From: Pseudidiomarina andamanensis
GTDB lineage: Bacteria > Pseudomonadota > Gammaproteobacteria > Enterobacterales > Alteromonadaceae
Length of the DNA stretch: 32,000 bases
Reading direction: 5' to 3'
NCBI RefSeq assembly: GCF_009734345.1
Contig: NZ_CP032551.1
Coordinates: forward strand, 960,001 to 992,000
Position numbers and translations under genes: made by a program. The notes beneath the pieces were generated by a model that was not told where the DNA came from, did no database searches, and saw nothing but the letters and a program-made list of their open reading frames with translations. This document shows, piece by piece, positions 1-9,263 of the stretch. How positions within the stretch are numbered: the first letter of the stretch is position 1; every line of letters starts with the position of its first letter.

Positions 1-461
1 CGTGGCTGTTTTAAGTAAACAGCTAAAGCTTCCAAAACCCGAAGGCCCAAAGCATCTAACGCGTCATATAGCTTCAAAATTTTGGCTTTGAATTCTGGCA
101 ATTCTTGTGGCCATACATTCGGTGTGAGTTGCGGGAACGGTGGTTCACCATCAATTTCACGCCCCACATGCCAAAACTCTTTTAAATCAACGTGCTTCGC
201 GTCTTTCGCAATTTCAGTACCAAATGGCGTATAGCCGCGCGCACCGCCACCACCCGGAATGTGATACTGCTTTTTCACGTCTTCAGGAAGCGCAAATAAT
301 TCGCGGCAGATATCCAACGCATTATCAATCAACTGCTGGTCAATACCATGCTTGGTTAATGCAACAAAACCATTGGTTTCATAGCCTTCACCAACGTGTT
401 GTGCGAAAGCATCAAAGTTTTGGCCATACAAGCTCATATCAATATGCGGAATGGATTTCAT
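1..461 (-). CDS. 2OG-Fe(II) oxygenase family protein (isopenicillin-N-synthase-like), N-terminal part; the 3' end lies beyond the left edge
   Basis: Absent from the ORF track because it runs off the window. My reverse-complement translation from the ATG at 461..459 reads MKSIPHIDMSLYGQNFDAFAQHVGEGYETNGFVALTKHGIDQQLIDNALDICRELFALPEDVKKQYHIPGGGGARGYTPFGTEIAKDAKHVDLKEFWHVGREIDG... and stays open to position 1. This N-terminal pattern (GFF/V..HGI, then F.LP...K) is typical of non-haem Fe(II)/2-oxoglutarate dioxygenases. The catalytic HxD...H lies outside the window, so this is a family-level call only. Confidence 0.65.
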   Translation of the reverse strand, partial: MKSIPHIDMSLYGQNFDAFAQHVGEGYETNGFVALTKHGIDQQLIDNALDICRELFALPEDVKKQYHIPGGGGARGYTPFGTEIAKDAKHVDLKEFWHVGREIDGEPPFPQLTPNVWPQELPEFKAKILKLYDALDALGLRVLEALAVYLKQP

Positions 462-622
462 GAAACGTTTTTCCTAGGGAATGAAGATATCAAAATAGGC
501 GTATATGCTAAGGATTTTAGCCTGTCTAGACAAGGGTAAATCTTGCGTAAACCGCCTTTTGCTTACAATCTTAAGTTGCTACCGTAATTTGCAGATTCTA
601 GCAAAAAGTGAGGTAAATCACG

Positions 623-1198
623 ATGAAATTGCAACACAGTGTTCTTTCTGTCGCATTATTGACCGCTGGTCTTGCTCTGGCAGGTACCGCAAGTGCACAA
701 ACGCAACAAAATCAGACCCAACACCAAGGCTATGCAGCCTACAATTATTTCGGTGTCGGTGTTGCTGATCATGACGGCGGCGACAGCATTGTCGTTGAAG
801 GTTCTTACGAATTCAAATCGCCATATTTCGTGAGCGGTTACTATCGCAATTTTGATAATGATGCGGGCAGTAGCAGTGACGCATTAAGCATTAAACTCGG
901 TCGCTATTTCTGGCTAAGCAGCGGCTTGACAGCAGATGTTGGCGTACGTGCCGGTCATGTTGATTTCGGCTCTGTCGATAGCAACTTCTGGGGCGTTGAG
1001 GGTAACTTGCGTCAACGCATTGACCAATTTGAATTTTATGGCGGTATTGGTTGGATCGACTACACCGACGCTGGCAGTGATAATCAATACCAATTTGGTG
1101 TGAATTATTACATCGATTCAAACCTATCGGTTGGTGTGGGCTATCAAGATAGTGAATATGGTGATGGTGTTCGCTTCCGCGGTAGTTATCACTTTTAA
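623..1198 (+). CDS. small outer-membrane beta-barrel protein (OMP_b-brl type, probably 8-stranded)
   Basis: ATG with GAGG about 9 nt upstream. Sec signal peptide MKLQHSVLSVALLTAGLALAGTASA/QT. Alternating G/Y/F/D-rich amphipathic strands. C-terminus ...RFRGSYHF ends in Phe, a beta-barrel assembly signal. Confidence 0.7.
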   Translation: MKLQHSVLSVALLTAGLALAGTASAQTQQNQTQHQGYAAYNYFGVGVADHDGGDSIVVEGSYEFKSPYFVSGYYRNFDNDAGSSSDALSIKLGRYFWLSSGLTADVGVRAGHVDFGSVDSNFWGVEGNLRQRIDQFEFYGGIGWIDYTDAGSDNQYQFGVNYYIDSNLSVGVGYQDSEYGDGVRFRGSYHF

Positions 1199-1247
1199 TT
1201 AAATGCGCTATGCTGTGGCACATTGATGATCGTTTTGGAGATTCGTT

Positions 1248-2405
1248 GTGCCGCAGCTTCCTAGCTTTATTCAAATGTATCGCGAACTCGTCGCGATTCC
1301 TTCAGTATCCTGCCTCGACCCAAGTTGGGATACCAGTAACAAGCCCGTTATCGACAAACTGGCAACATGGCTCGAATGTCTCGGCTTTCAAATCGATATT
1401 CATGAACTAGACCACCAGGCTGGTAAATTTAATCTGCTTGCGCATTATATTCCCGAAGGCGCTGAATCTGGCGGCTTAATGTTGGCTGGACACACCGATA
1501 CAGTGCCATGGGATGAAGGCCGCTGGACACAAGACCCATTTAAACTACGTGAAGACAACGGTCGCTTATATGGGCTAGGCACAGCTGATATGAAGGGCTT
1601 TTTTGCATTCGTGATTGAGGCATTGCGCAGCACTGACCTCCGCCAATTGAAAAAGCCATTGTATATTCTTGCCACCGCCGATGAAGAAACCACCATGGCA
1701 GGCGCCCGCGAACTTGACGCTTTTGGTCACTTGAAGCCTGATTTTGCAGTGATTGGCGAACCAACCTCGATGACCCCAGTGGTTACCCACAAAGGTCACA
1801 TGACCGAAGCCGTGCGTATCACGGGTAAGTCAGGGCACAGCTCAAATCCTGCGGCTGGTATCAACGCCATTGAAATCATGCATGATGTCATAACTGAGCT
1901 GCGTGGCATTCAAAAAGAATTCCAACAGCGTTATCACGACGATGCATTCGAAGTACCCTACCCAACACTAAACTTCGGTGCCATTCATGGCGGTGACGCC
2001 GCGAATCGTATCTGTGCGTGCTGCGAGCTACATATCGATATGCGCCCGCTACCTGGTATGAATATTAGTGAGCTTTATGGTCTGATTGATCATCGTTTAG
2101 CTGAGGTGAAAGCGCGCTACCCCGGGGCTGTGTGCCTTGAGCACATGCATGAACCGGTACCCGGCTATCGCTGCGACAAAGATGCTGAAATTGTTCGGTT
2201 AGCAAGTGAGTTAACGGGTAATGCCGCACAACCGGCGAACTATTGCACCGAGGCTCCGTTTGTGCAAGCACTCGGCTGTCAAACTATCGTCATGGGCCCA
2301 GGCAATATTGCGCAGGCGCATCAACCTGATGAATTTATCCAAATAGATGAAATTGCGCCCGCACAAAATCAGCTACGGGCCCTTATTCGTCAGGTGTGCA
2401 TGTAG
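1248..2405 (+). CDS. argE: acetylornithine deacetylase (M20 peptidase family)
   Basis: GTG start with GGAG (1237..1240) 7 nt upstream. Collinear with E. coli ArgE over the whole length. Motifs: [97 protein letters not shown]. Confidence 0.9.
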   Translation: MPQLPSFIQMYRELVAIPSVSCLDPSWDTSNKPVIDKLATWLECLGFQIDIHELDHQAGKFNLLAHYIPEGAESGGLMLAGHTDTVPWDEGRWTQDPFKLREDNGRLYGLGTADMKGFFAFVIEALRSTDLRQLKKPLYILATADEETTMAGARELDAFGHLKPDFAVIGEPTSMTPVVTHKGHMTEAVRITGKSGHSSNPAAGINAIEIMHDVITELRGIQKEFQQRYHDDAFEVPYPTLNFGAIHGGDAANRICACCELHIDMRPLPGMNISELYGLIDHRLAEVKARYPGAVCLEHMHEPVPGYRCDKDAEIVRLASELTGNAAQPANYCTEAPFVQALGCQTIVMGPGNIAQAHQPDEFIQIDEIAPAQNQLRALIRQVCM

Positions 2406-3012
2406 CCGCGATCATTCGAGCCACGGGGCCAAAGCTTTTCCGATGAACCGGACATGGCCCGTGCTCCGCTAAAGCCTCTAAATGAGCTTTTGTTGGATAC
2501 GCCTTGTGTTTGGCGAAATCATAGTGTGGATAGAGCTCATGCCACGCAAGCATTTGCCGGTCTCGCTCGACTTTCGCCAAAATAGATGCAGCACCAATAC
2601 AAGCTTCAAGCGCATCACCACCAACAATAGCCTCAGCTGGCACGTTCAGTTGAGGCAGCTTGTTACCATCAACCAGTACTTTTTCCGGTTGTACTGGCAA
2701 TGCCTCGACAGCACGCTTCATCGCCAATAATGACGCCTGCAAAATATTAATGGCATCAATTTCATCGGCATCGCACTGTGCAATCGCCCAATACAGCGCT
2801 TTTTCTTTTATTTCAGCACTCAAGGCTTCGCGTTTTTTCTCAGACAACTTCTTCGAATCATTAATGCCTTCAATTGGGTTATTCGGGTCTAGAATAACCG
2901 CCGCAGCCACCACGGGTCCTGCGATTGGCCCACGGCCTGCTTCATCTGTTCCACAAATCATGCTTTTCGTCTTGTTGTTGCCGGTTGATGCGGTATGATA
3001 CTTTCGTCTCAT
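2383..3012 (-). CDS. rnhB: ribonuclease HII
   Basis: [21 protein letters not shown] (catalytic DE..GRG motif), DSKKL, and HRKSFGPV near the C-terminus. The ORF-track start at 3045 would overlap the abgT-family ATG. I place the start at the Met codon at 3012 (MRRKYHTAS...). The ATG at 2961 ([11 protein letters not shown]) is also possible. The 3' end overlaps argE by 23 nt (convergent). Confidence 0.85.
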   Translation of the reverse strand: MRRKYHTASTGNNKTKSMICGTDEAGRGPIAGPVVAAAVILDPNNPIEGINDSKKLSEKKREALSAEIKEKALYWAIAQCDADEIDAINILQASLLAMKRAVEALPVQPEKVLVDGNKLPQLNVPAEAIVGGDALEACIGAASILAKVERDRQMLAWHELYPHYDFAKHKAYPTKAHLEALAEHGPCPVHRKSFGPVARMIAATCTPDE

Positions 3013-3043
3013 ACATAATAACAATACAACAAGGGGTTTCCAC

Positions 3044-4591
3044 ATGAGTGATTCTTACGAATCATCGACTTTTCTCAATCGCTTGCTGGATAAGGTTGAA
3101 AAAGTCGGTAACAAACTTCCTGATCCAGCGGTGATGTTTTTTGGTCTTTTAATCATCGTATGGGTTTTCAGCTATCTGCTTTCTGGCATTGAATTTGATG
3201 CTGTTCATCCGCTTACTGGCGAAAATGTTGGCATTACAAATTTGCTGGCTGGTGACCAAATGGCGAATTTCTTAGCCAATATGGTTGGCACCTTCATGGG
3301 CTTCGCCCCTTTAGGAGTTGTGCTTGTAGCGATGTTAGGTGTCGGGGTTGCTGAGCGAAGTGGCTTTATTAACGTTGCTATAAAATTGATGCTCAATGTC
3401 ACGCCGAAAATGTTATTAACCCCGGTACTGATTCTTGTAGCTATCGTGAGTCATACCGCGGTTGACGCTGGTTATGTTCTGGTGATTCCATTAGGCGGTG
3501 TGATTTTCTATGCTGCCGGTCGTCACCCATTAGCGGGTATTGCGGCCGCATTTGCCGGTGTTTCCGGTGGTTTCAGTGCCAACTTCGTACCTTCAGCAAT
3601 TGATCCGTTGCTACAAGGTTTTACACAAAGCGCAGCACAAATTCTTGACCCAGCAATTCAACTCAATCCGTTGAATAACTACTTCTTTACTGCTGCTTCA
3701 GCAATTGTTGTCGTGATTGTCGGTTGGTACCTCACAGACCGTGTTATTGAACCACGCTTGCAGCGCACGGCAACTATTGATGGCGACCAAGAAGACATGC
3801 CGGCGCTTGATGATGTGACGCCTCGTGATCGTAAAGCGTTCTATGCTGGTGTTTTAACTATGGTGGCGGGACTTGTTGGTTTGTATTTCGCTGCTTCGGC
3901 CGAAAATACGCCACTTGCTGATGCTACTGGCGAGCTTGCATCATTTACAGCACCGCTCATGCAAATGATCGTGCCACTTATCTTCTTACTATTTATCATT
4001 CCAGGCATCGTGCATGGTTTCATTTCTGGTAGCTTCAAGAGCTCACAAGATGTCATTAAGGCTATGTCGAAATCAATGGAAGATATGGCTTATTATATGG
4101 TCATGGCATTTTTCTGTGCCTTGTTCATTAAAGCCTTCGGTGATTCAAACCTCGGTACCCTGTTGTCCATTAAAGGCGCGCAGTTCTTAAGCTCGCTGCA
4201 ATTGAGCGGCGGCGTAACCATGGTGGGTATGATTATCTTAGTGGCATTCATCAACCTGTTTATTGGTTCCGCGTCTGCTAAATGGGCGTTGATTTCACCA
4301 ATTTTCGTACCAATGCTGATGCAGTTGGGTTACTCACCTGATTTGACCCAAGCTGCGTACCGCGTCGGTGACTCAATTAGTAATATCATCACGCCATTGT
4401 TGCCATACTTCCCGTTAGTGGTGTTGTATTGCCAGCGTTACGTTAAAGGCACGGGCATCGGCTCACTGGTCGCTATGATGTTGCCATTTACAATGACGTT
4501 GCTGGTGGTGTGGTCAGCCTTTTTAATTATCTATTGGATGATTGGTATTCCGCTTGGTTTCCAAGCAAACTACGTGTACCCAGCAGGCTAA
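3044..4591 (+). CDS. AbgT-family transporter (p-aminobenzoyl-glutamate transporter / MtrF-YdaH family)
   Basis: 515-aa polytopic membrane protein. AAGGGG lies 7 nt upstream of the ATG. The N-terminus [27 protein letters not shown] and overall length are characteristic of AbgT-family proteins. Confidence 0.8.
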   Translation: MSDSYESSTFLNRLLDKVEKVGNKLPDPAVMFFGLLIIVWVFSYLLSGIEFDAVHPLTGENVGITNLLAGDQMANFLANMVGTFMGFAPLGVVLVAMLGVGVAERSGFINVAIKLMLNVTPKMLLTPVLILVAIVSHTAVDAGYVLVIPLGGVIFYAAGRHPLAGIAAAFAGVSGGFSANFVPSAIDPLLQGFTQSAAQILDPAIQLNPLNNYFFTAASAIVVVIVGWYLTDRVIEPRLQRTATIDGDQEDMPALDDVTPRDRKAFYAGVLTMVAGLVGLYFAASAENTPLADATGELASFTAPLMQMIVPLIFLLFIIPGIVHGFISGSFKSSQDVIKAMSKSMEDMAYYMVMAFFCALFIKAFGDSNLGTLLSIKGAQFLSSLQLSGGVTMVGMIILVAFINLFIGSASAKWALISPIFVPMLMQLGYSPDLTQAAYRVGDSISNIITPLLPYFPLVVLYCQRYVKGTGIGSLVAMMLPFTMTLLVVWSAFLIIYWMIGIPLGFQANYVYPAG

Positions 4592-4594
4592 CCA

Positions 4595-5380
4595 ATGCGT
4601 TACTTCCAAGGTAAAACCGTTTGGTTAACCGGTGCCTCTTCTGGCATCGGTTTAGCCATGGCACAACAGCTGGCTGAGGCTGGCGCTCATTTGATTCTTA
4701 CCTCACGTCGTCAGGATGCGCTTGAGCAAGTTCGACAGTCATTGGCTCATCCTGAACGTCATCAAGTTCTGGCACTGGATTTGAGCCAGCCCGAGCAGGC
4801 CGCGGCAATGGCCAAGGATACGCTGGGTGACCAAATGATTGATATCTTGATTAACAACGCAGGCGTGTCGCAACGATCGTTGATACTAGAAACCGATATG
4901 TCGGTATATCGACAATTGATGGAAATTGATTATTTCGGCGTGATTGCGCTGACCAAACTGGTGTTACCACGCATGGTAGAACGCCGTGCCGGACAAATTG
5001 TGACAGTCTCAAGTGTGGCGGGCAAAGTCGGAACAAAACTTCGCAGCGGCTATAACGGGGCTAAGTTTGGGGTCATTGGTTTCATGGATTCATTGCGGGC
5101 AGAAATGGCGCAGTATGGCTTAACGGTCACTTCAATATTACCTGGCTTTATCAATACGCAGGTCGCTCATAATTCATTAACCGGTGATGGCTCAGCACTT
5201 GGCCATGAAGACCCAGATAATGCCGGTGGTATTTCAGCCGAAGCCTGTGCGCGCAAATCGCTTGAAGCAATCGCCGCGAAAAAAGCAGAAGTGGTTGTCG
5301 GTTCAGGGCTTTCCAAACTCGCACCGTTTCTACAACGCTTTTTCCCTGGTCTGGTGCGACGAATGATTGCTAACCGGTAA
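4595..5380 (+). CDS. short-chain dehydrogenase/reductase (SDR) family oxidoreductase
   Basis: TGASSGIGLAMA (TGxxxGIG cofactor motif), NNAG, catalytic Ser in VSSVAG, and YNGAK (YxxxK). Starts 3 nt after the AbgT-family stop, so probably co-transcribed. Confidence 0.85.
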   Translation: MRYFQGKTVWLTGASSGIGLAMAQQLAEAGAHLILTSRRQDALEQVRQSLAHPERHQVLALDLSQPEQAAAMAKDTLGDQMIDILINNAGVSQRSLILETDMSVYRQLMEIDYFGVIALTKLVLPRMVERRAGQIVTVSSVAGKVGTKLRSGYNGAKFGVIGFMDSLRAEMAQYGLTVTSILPGFINTQVAHNSLTGDGSALGHEDPDNAGGISAEACARKSLEAIAAKKAEVVVGSGLSKLAPFLQRFFPGLVRRMIANR

Positions 5381-8303
5381 CAATACGGTTACGCCCCTGC
5401 TCTTTTGCTGTATACAGAGCTCTGTCCGCATTTTTTAACAGCTGTGCAGAGCTCTCTTCATCACTTAATTCTGTAGCACCAATGCTGACCGTAATCTTCG
5501 CTTGTTCAAACTTTTCTATGTGCATATTTTCAGTTGCGCGACGAATCCGTTCGAGTACTACAAGAGCATCAGCCAGAGGCGTTTGTGGGAAGATGATTGC
5601 AAATTCCTCACCACCCCAACGCGCCACACTATCCACTTCTCGAATTTGTTGCTCCAGTAGACGCGAAACATGTTGCAGCACCACATCACCGCCTGTATGT
5701 AAGTAAGTGTCATTAATTTTCTTGAAGTAATCAATATCAATGAGTGCAACGGTAAGCGGCGTTTCATAGCGTCGACTATTTCGTAATTCATCTTCAAGCT
5801 GCTGGTCAAATGCACGTCGATTCGCTAGACCCGTTAGGGTATCTTGCATCGCCATTGCTTCAAGTTCTTGCGTTTTTTTCTGAACTAAACGCTGCAATCG
5901 GCGTTTTGTTCCTTGCAGCGAGCGAATACGAATGTGGATGCTCAAACTTAACAACAAAATCAGCGTAATTGAGAAAACAAACCAAAACCAAGGGCGCTGA
6001 TAAAAGAAAGCTTGCTTCTCAAGTACAATTGAAGTGACCGTTGACCATTCTCCCCCCGGGTAACGACTTCGTACCATAAATGTATATTTTCCCGGTGATA
6101 ACGCCGTGTATGCGGTTTCTAATTGATTACCACGATCAATCCAGTGACTATCATATCCTTCCAGCCGAACTTGATACTGCAACGATTCAGGCATGTGATA
6201 GCCAAGCGTCACGTAACGAAATTCGGTTCTCGTATTATCCGCTGGAATCAGTTTAGTTGCATGAATTTCGCCTGTATCAATCGTTACCGACTCAATCACT
6301 GGCGCTGGCGATACCTTGCGATAATCATCAACCAGTTGCGGATTAATCGTCACGACACCTAGCGCTGACGCAAACCACAACGAACCTTGCTGATCGATAA
6401 CCGAAGCCGGTCCGCCGGTAGTTAACTGACGACTCACCATGCCATCCACTTCGGTAAATAATTGATAGTTGATGGTTTTGCGATTATCCATCATCCACGT
6501 TTTTAAATCGTCTTTTGTAATTCGAACAATGCCGCGAGCACCCCCTAGCCACAGATTATCGTTTTTATCGAAGTTGATTGTGAAGGTTTTATCAAATGGC
6601 AGACCATTTCGTCGCGATAACCAATGCCAATCGTCCGTTTCTAAAGATCGAGTCAACATGCCATGATCGGTTGCGAACCAAATACGATTATTGTGAAATG
6701 TTCCAGAAAATATGTTGCTAGCCCCAGTAAATGAAGCTAAATCAATCGGTTTTGGCTGCCACTGAAACTCTCCGACGGGACGAAGGTAAGTTAATGAAAG
6801 CGTCGAACTCACCCATAAGGCACCGGCACTATCCATGGTAATTGACGAGACAAAATCTGCTGCCATGCCATCGGCAGTGCTGTAATGACGAACAATCTCA
6901 AACGCGTCGCTACGTACTCGAATTAAATACAGCCCGCGCGCCGTTCCGACAAGCAGTAAGTTCGTCGATTCAATGGGTAGTACCACCCGTATTTCATTGC
7001 TCGAAAAGCCAGTCTTACGACTTAATTGCGCGGTGACTTTACCATCAGTTAGCTTTAAAAGTCCGTCGGTATAGGTACCGACATAGATGACCCCGCTTTC
7101 TCCATGGGCAATACTTAATACCGATAACGCTTCAAGCAGCGGATCGCCACGCAAAGCTTTAAATACTGTGCCCTGCTCTGACTCATTTACCTGATGACTA
7201 ATTCCGTCATTGGTTCCCACCCAAATACGCCCGTCTCTATCGGTATTCACTGAACGTGCATAGGCACCTTTCACTCCGTGATGAGGGGTAAAACTACGAA
7301 ACAGCGCCTCACGCAACTGCACCAAACCACCGTGGGTGCCAATCCATAGTGTGTCTTCTTGATCACGGTAGATATCGAGAACGTGTGAGTTGGGTAAGCC
7401 ATTCTCGACACTAAGCCAATCTTCCGAATCATGACACAAACGCCCTAAACCTCGGGTGAACGTGCCAATAATTAAACAACCATCGGATGCCTCAGTAAGC
7501 GCTGTAACTCGGTCTTTCATGGCTACAGGCCAAGGCAAAAACTCATCTGAATTCGGCAACTGATAAAACAAGCCATCGTCGTTTGCGACAATAAATGTGC
7601 CGTTATCGAGTAACGTCATGGCACGTACTTGTGCTGGTGATACGGATTCAACCGGGACAAACGAATCGGTTTGATTATTGTAATAAGCTAACCCCCGGCG
7701 CGTTCCAACATAGAGTCGTGTTCGTTGATTAGGCGCTGCCGTTATAAATATTCGAAACGAAAAATTTGTTGGTAAACCGTGGGCTGCCGTGTAATGAATT
7801 GGCCGCTGCTGCTCAGCGATTCGATAAACACCATTCGCGGTTGCGGCCCAAGTGGCACCGCTTGCATCGCGCACTGTATCGAAGACAAAATTATCGCCAA
7901 CAATGGTTGGATTCCACTGTTCGTTAATATGGCTAACGATGCTCCCGCGCGGGCCACTAAATACCAACTCGTCGTCACTCGGGTTATACGCGACGCTTAA
8001 AGCTCCAGCTTCGCGCATTTTGGTCACGTTGGTATCGTCAAATATCTTGAACGTCCGTCCATTATATCGAACAGGTCCTTCCCACGTGGCAAGCCAGAGG
8101 TAACCTTGATTTGACTGGGTGATGCGATTGACTGAGTTATGCGGTAATCCGTCGCGCGTATTCCAACTGCGCAACGCATATTGATTTAATGGTGTCGACT
8201 TACTTTCGAGTGATTTGCTAAGAGGAAGTGATTCAGCGAGTGCCGGTGAAACTGCACTTAGTAAGGCGATTACGCAGAGTAAACCGAAACGCCATAAGTG
8301 CAT
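5370..8303 (-). CDS. periplasmic-sensor diguanylate cyclase: signal peptide, 14 two-component-regulator-propeller repeats, Y_Y_Y domain, TM helix, coiled coil, GGDEF
   Basis: I place the start at the ATG at 8303 (MHLWRFGLLCVIALLSAVSPALA), with GGGAG 8 nt upstream. The track start at 8312 is a GTG inside that SD region. There are 14 repeats of the type xLWhGTxxGLxxh, e.g. YLWLATWEGPVRY, RLYVGTRRGLAYY, TLWIGTHGGLVQL, RIWVGTNDGISHQ, SLWFASALGVVTI. The Y_Y_Y segment reads FRYVTLGYHMPESLQYQVRLEGYDSHW...YTFMVRS. The TM helix PWFWFVFSITLILLLSLSIHI is at 5931..5993. The active site GGEEF is at 5601..5615 (verified as ggtggtgaggaattt on the minus strand). An I-site REVD lies 5 residues upstream. Confidence 0.85.
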   Translation of the reverse strand: MHLWRFGLLCVIALLSAVSPALAESLPLSKSLESKSTPLNQYALRSWNTRDGLPHNSVNRITQSNQGYLWLATWEGPVRYNGRTFKIFDDTNVTKMREAGALSVAYNPSDDELVFSGPRGSIVSHINEQWNPTIVGDNFVFDTVRDASGATWAATANGVYRIAEQQRPIHYTAAHGLPTNFSFRIFITAAPNQRTRLYVGTRRGLAYYNNQTDSFVPVESVSPAQVRAMTLLDNGTFIVANDDGLFYQLPNSDEFLPWPVAMKDRVTALTEASDGCLIIGTFTRGLGRLCHDSEDWLSVENGLPNSHVLDIYRDQEDTLWIGTHGGLVQLREALFRSFTPHHGVKGAYARSVNTDRDGRIWVGTNDGISHQVNESEQGTVFKALRGDPLLEALSVLSIAHGESGVIYVGTYTDGLLKLTDGKVTAQLSRKTGFSSNEIRVVLPIESTNLLLVGTARGLYLIRVRSDAFEIVRHYSTADGMAADFVSSITMDSAGALWVSSTLSLTYLRPVGEFQWQPKPIDLASFTGASNIFSGTFHNNRIWFATDHGMLTRSLETDDWHWLSRRNGLPFDKTFTINFDKNDNLWLGGARGIVRITKDDLKTWMMDNRKTINYQLFTEVDGMVSRQLTTGGPASVIDQQGSLWFASALGVVTINPQLVDDYRKVSPAPVIESVTIDTGEIHATKLIPADNTRTEFRYVTLGYHMPESLQYQVRLEGYDSHWIDRGNQLETAYTALSPGKYTFMVRSRYPGGEWSTVTSIVLEKQAFFYQRPWFWFVFSITLILLLSLSIHIRIRSLQGTKRRLQRLVQKKTQELEAMAMQDTLTGLANRRAFDQQLEDELRNSRRYETPLTVALIDIDYFKKINDTYLHTGGDVVLQHVSRLLEQQIREVDSVARWGGEEFAIIFPQTPLADALVVLERIRRATENMHIEKFEQAKITVSIGATELSDEESSAQLLKNADRALYTAKEQGRNRIVTG

Positions 8304-8355
8304 TGCCCACACTCCCTGTTAATTGTTGTTAGCACCCGTTATAAGTTACTCTCAT

Positions 8356-9120
8356 TTAGAACTCATCGAACGGGACTGTCACCAGTTCTTCTAATGCTGG
8401 TTTTGCTAGATAATACCCTTGGAACAAATGAATACCAAGTTCTAACAAACAATCTAACTCATTTTTACTTTCTATTCCTTCAGCTAAAATTTGAGTTCCT
8501 TGTAAATTGCATACCTTAACAACGTCTCGCACGACATTTTGTTTTTCATGGCACTGATCAATGTCACGGATCAGTTGCATATCTAATTTCAAAATATCAG
8601 GACGTAGATCGGTTAGCCAGTCCATTCGCGAAAAGCCTGAACCATAATCATCAATCGCAGTTTTAAATCCACGCTTTGAATAACTGCTGAATATACGTTG
8701 CAAATGGTTTTTATCAATTATTTGCTCGCCTTCCGTTACTTCGAATATCAGCTTTGTCATGTCAAATTTATACATATCCGCGGCTTCAATTGTCGCTTTA
8801 ATACAAGTTTCGGGGTTATAAACAGCATTCGGCAAGAAATTGATGTTTAAAAACGTATCACATCCTAAGCGCGCGGCAGTTTCAATTGCCTTCACACGAC
8901 AAGCTTGATCAAAGTAGTAACGATTATCTTCATTTATTCGCTCAAAGACCCATCCTGCGCCCTGACCTTCAGGGCCGCGAACAAGGGCTTCATACGATAC
9001 AATATGCTGCTTATGCCAATCAACAATCGGCTGAAAAGCCATACGAATCTCGAAACCAAGTGATTGACCACTTAAACAATCTCGGCAGGTTTGTTGTTTA
9101 ATCGAATCAGGAAAGTCCAT
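8356..9120 (-). CDS. stand-alone EAL-domain protein (c-di-GMP phosphodiesterase)
   Basis: All canonical EAL residues are visible: YEALVRG, NINFLPN, FEVTEGE, AIDDYGSGFS, LKLD, AEGIES, FQGYY. I prefer the ATG at 9120 (MDFPDSIKQQTCRDC...), with AAGG 5 nt upstream. The track start at 9165 is a GTG without an SD. Confidence 0.85.
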   Translation of the reverse strand: MDFPDSIKQQTCRDCLSGQSLGFEIRMAFQPIVDWHKQHIVSYEALVRGPEGQGAGWVFERINEDNRYYFDQACRVKAIETAARLGCDTFLNINFLPNAVYNPETCIKATIEAADMYKFDMTKLIFEVTEGEQIIDKNHLQRIFSSYSKRGFKTAIDDYGSGFSRMDWLTDLRPDILKLDMQLIRDIDQCHEKQNVVRDVVKVCNLQGTQILAEGIESKNELDCLLELGIHLFQGYYLAKPALEELVTVPFDEF

Positions 9121-9202
9121 AGTTGCCTTTACGTTATTTTTAACCGAATACTTAGTTATCGTCACTTATACGACTAGCTTTAGGAATTTAGTTTAATCGG
9201 GC

Positions 9203-9230
9203 AATAAAAAAGGTCAGCAACAAGCTGACC
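9203..9230 (-). terminator. intrinsic terminator of the bkd operon
   Basis: On the minus strand the sequence is GGTCAGC-ttgtt-GCTGACC followed by TTTTTTATT. That is a 7-bp stem at 9212..9218 / 9224..9230, a 5-nt loop, and a U6 tract from 9211..9206. It starts about 34 nt after the bkdB stop. Confidence 0.65.
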
Positions 9231-9263
9231 TTCTTATAGACATAACCTGATTTGAATGTTCAG

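Noticed and set aside
140-463. 107-aa plus-strand ORF from the track
   Set aside because: It lies entirely antisense to a much better minus-strand ORF with clear 2OG-oxygenase features. His/Gln/Arg-rich shadow-frame composition and no SD.
891-1274. 127-aa minus-strand ORF overlapping the OMP gene and the argE start
   Set aside because: Antisense shadow of the OMP gene. Low-complexity Arg/His/Ser composition and no recognisable motifs.
1248-4591. Possible abgAB-abgT-like folate-catabolite locus (M20 hydrolase near an AbgT transporter)
   Set aside because: The M20 protein is collinear with genuine E. coli ArgE rather than AbgA/AbgB. It is separated from the transporter by an opposite-strand rnhB. 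The adjacency looks coincidental.
5381-5400. Short hairpin GTAAC-aatacg-GTTAC at the SDR / cyclase junction
   Set aside because: Only 5 bp, AT-rich, with no U tract. Unlikely to be a functional terminator.
8304-9165. Longer ORF-track starts at 8312, 9165, 14214, 21485, 24391 and 29188
   Set aside because: In each case an internal start codon has a proper SD at 5-9 nt. The extension either overlaps the upstream gene or contains that SD. I used the internal starts, though the longer versions cannot be excluded without N-terminal data.
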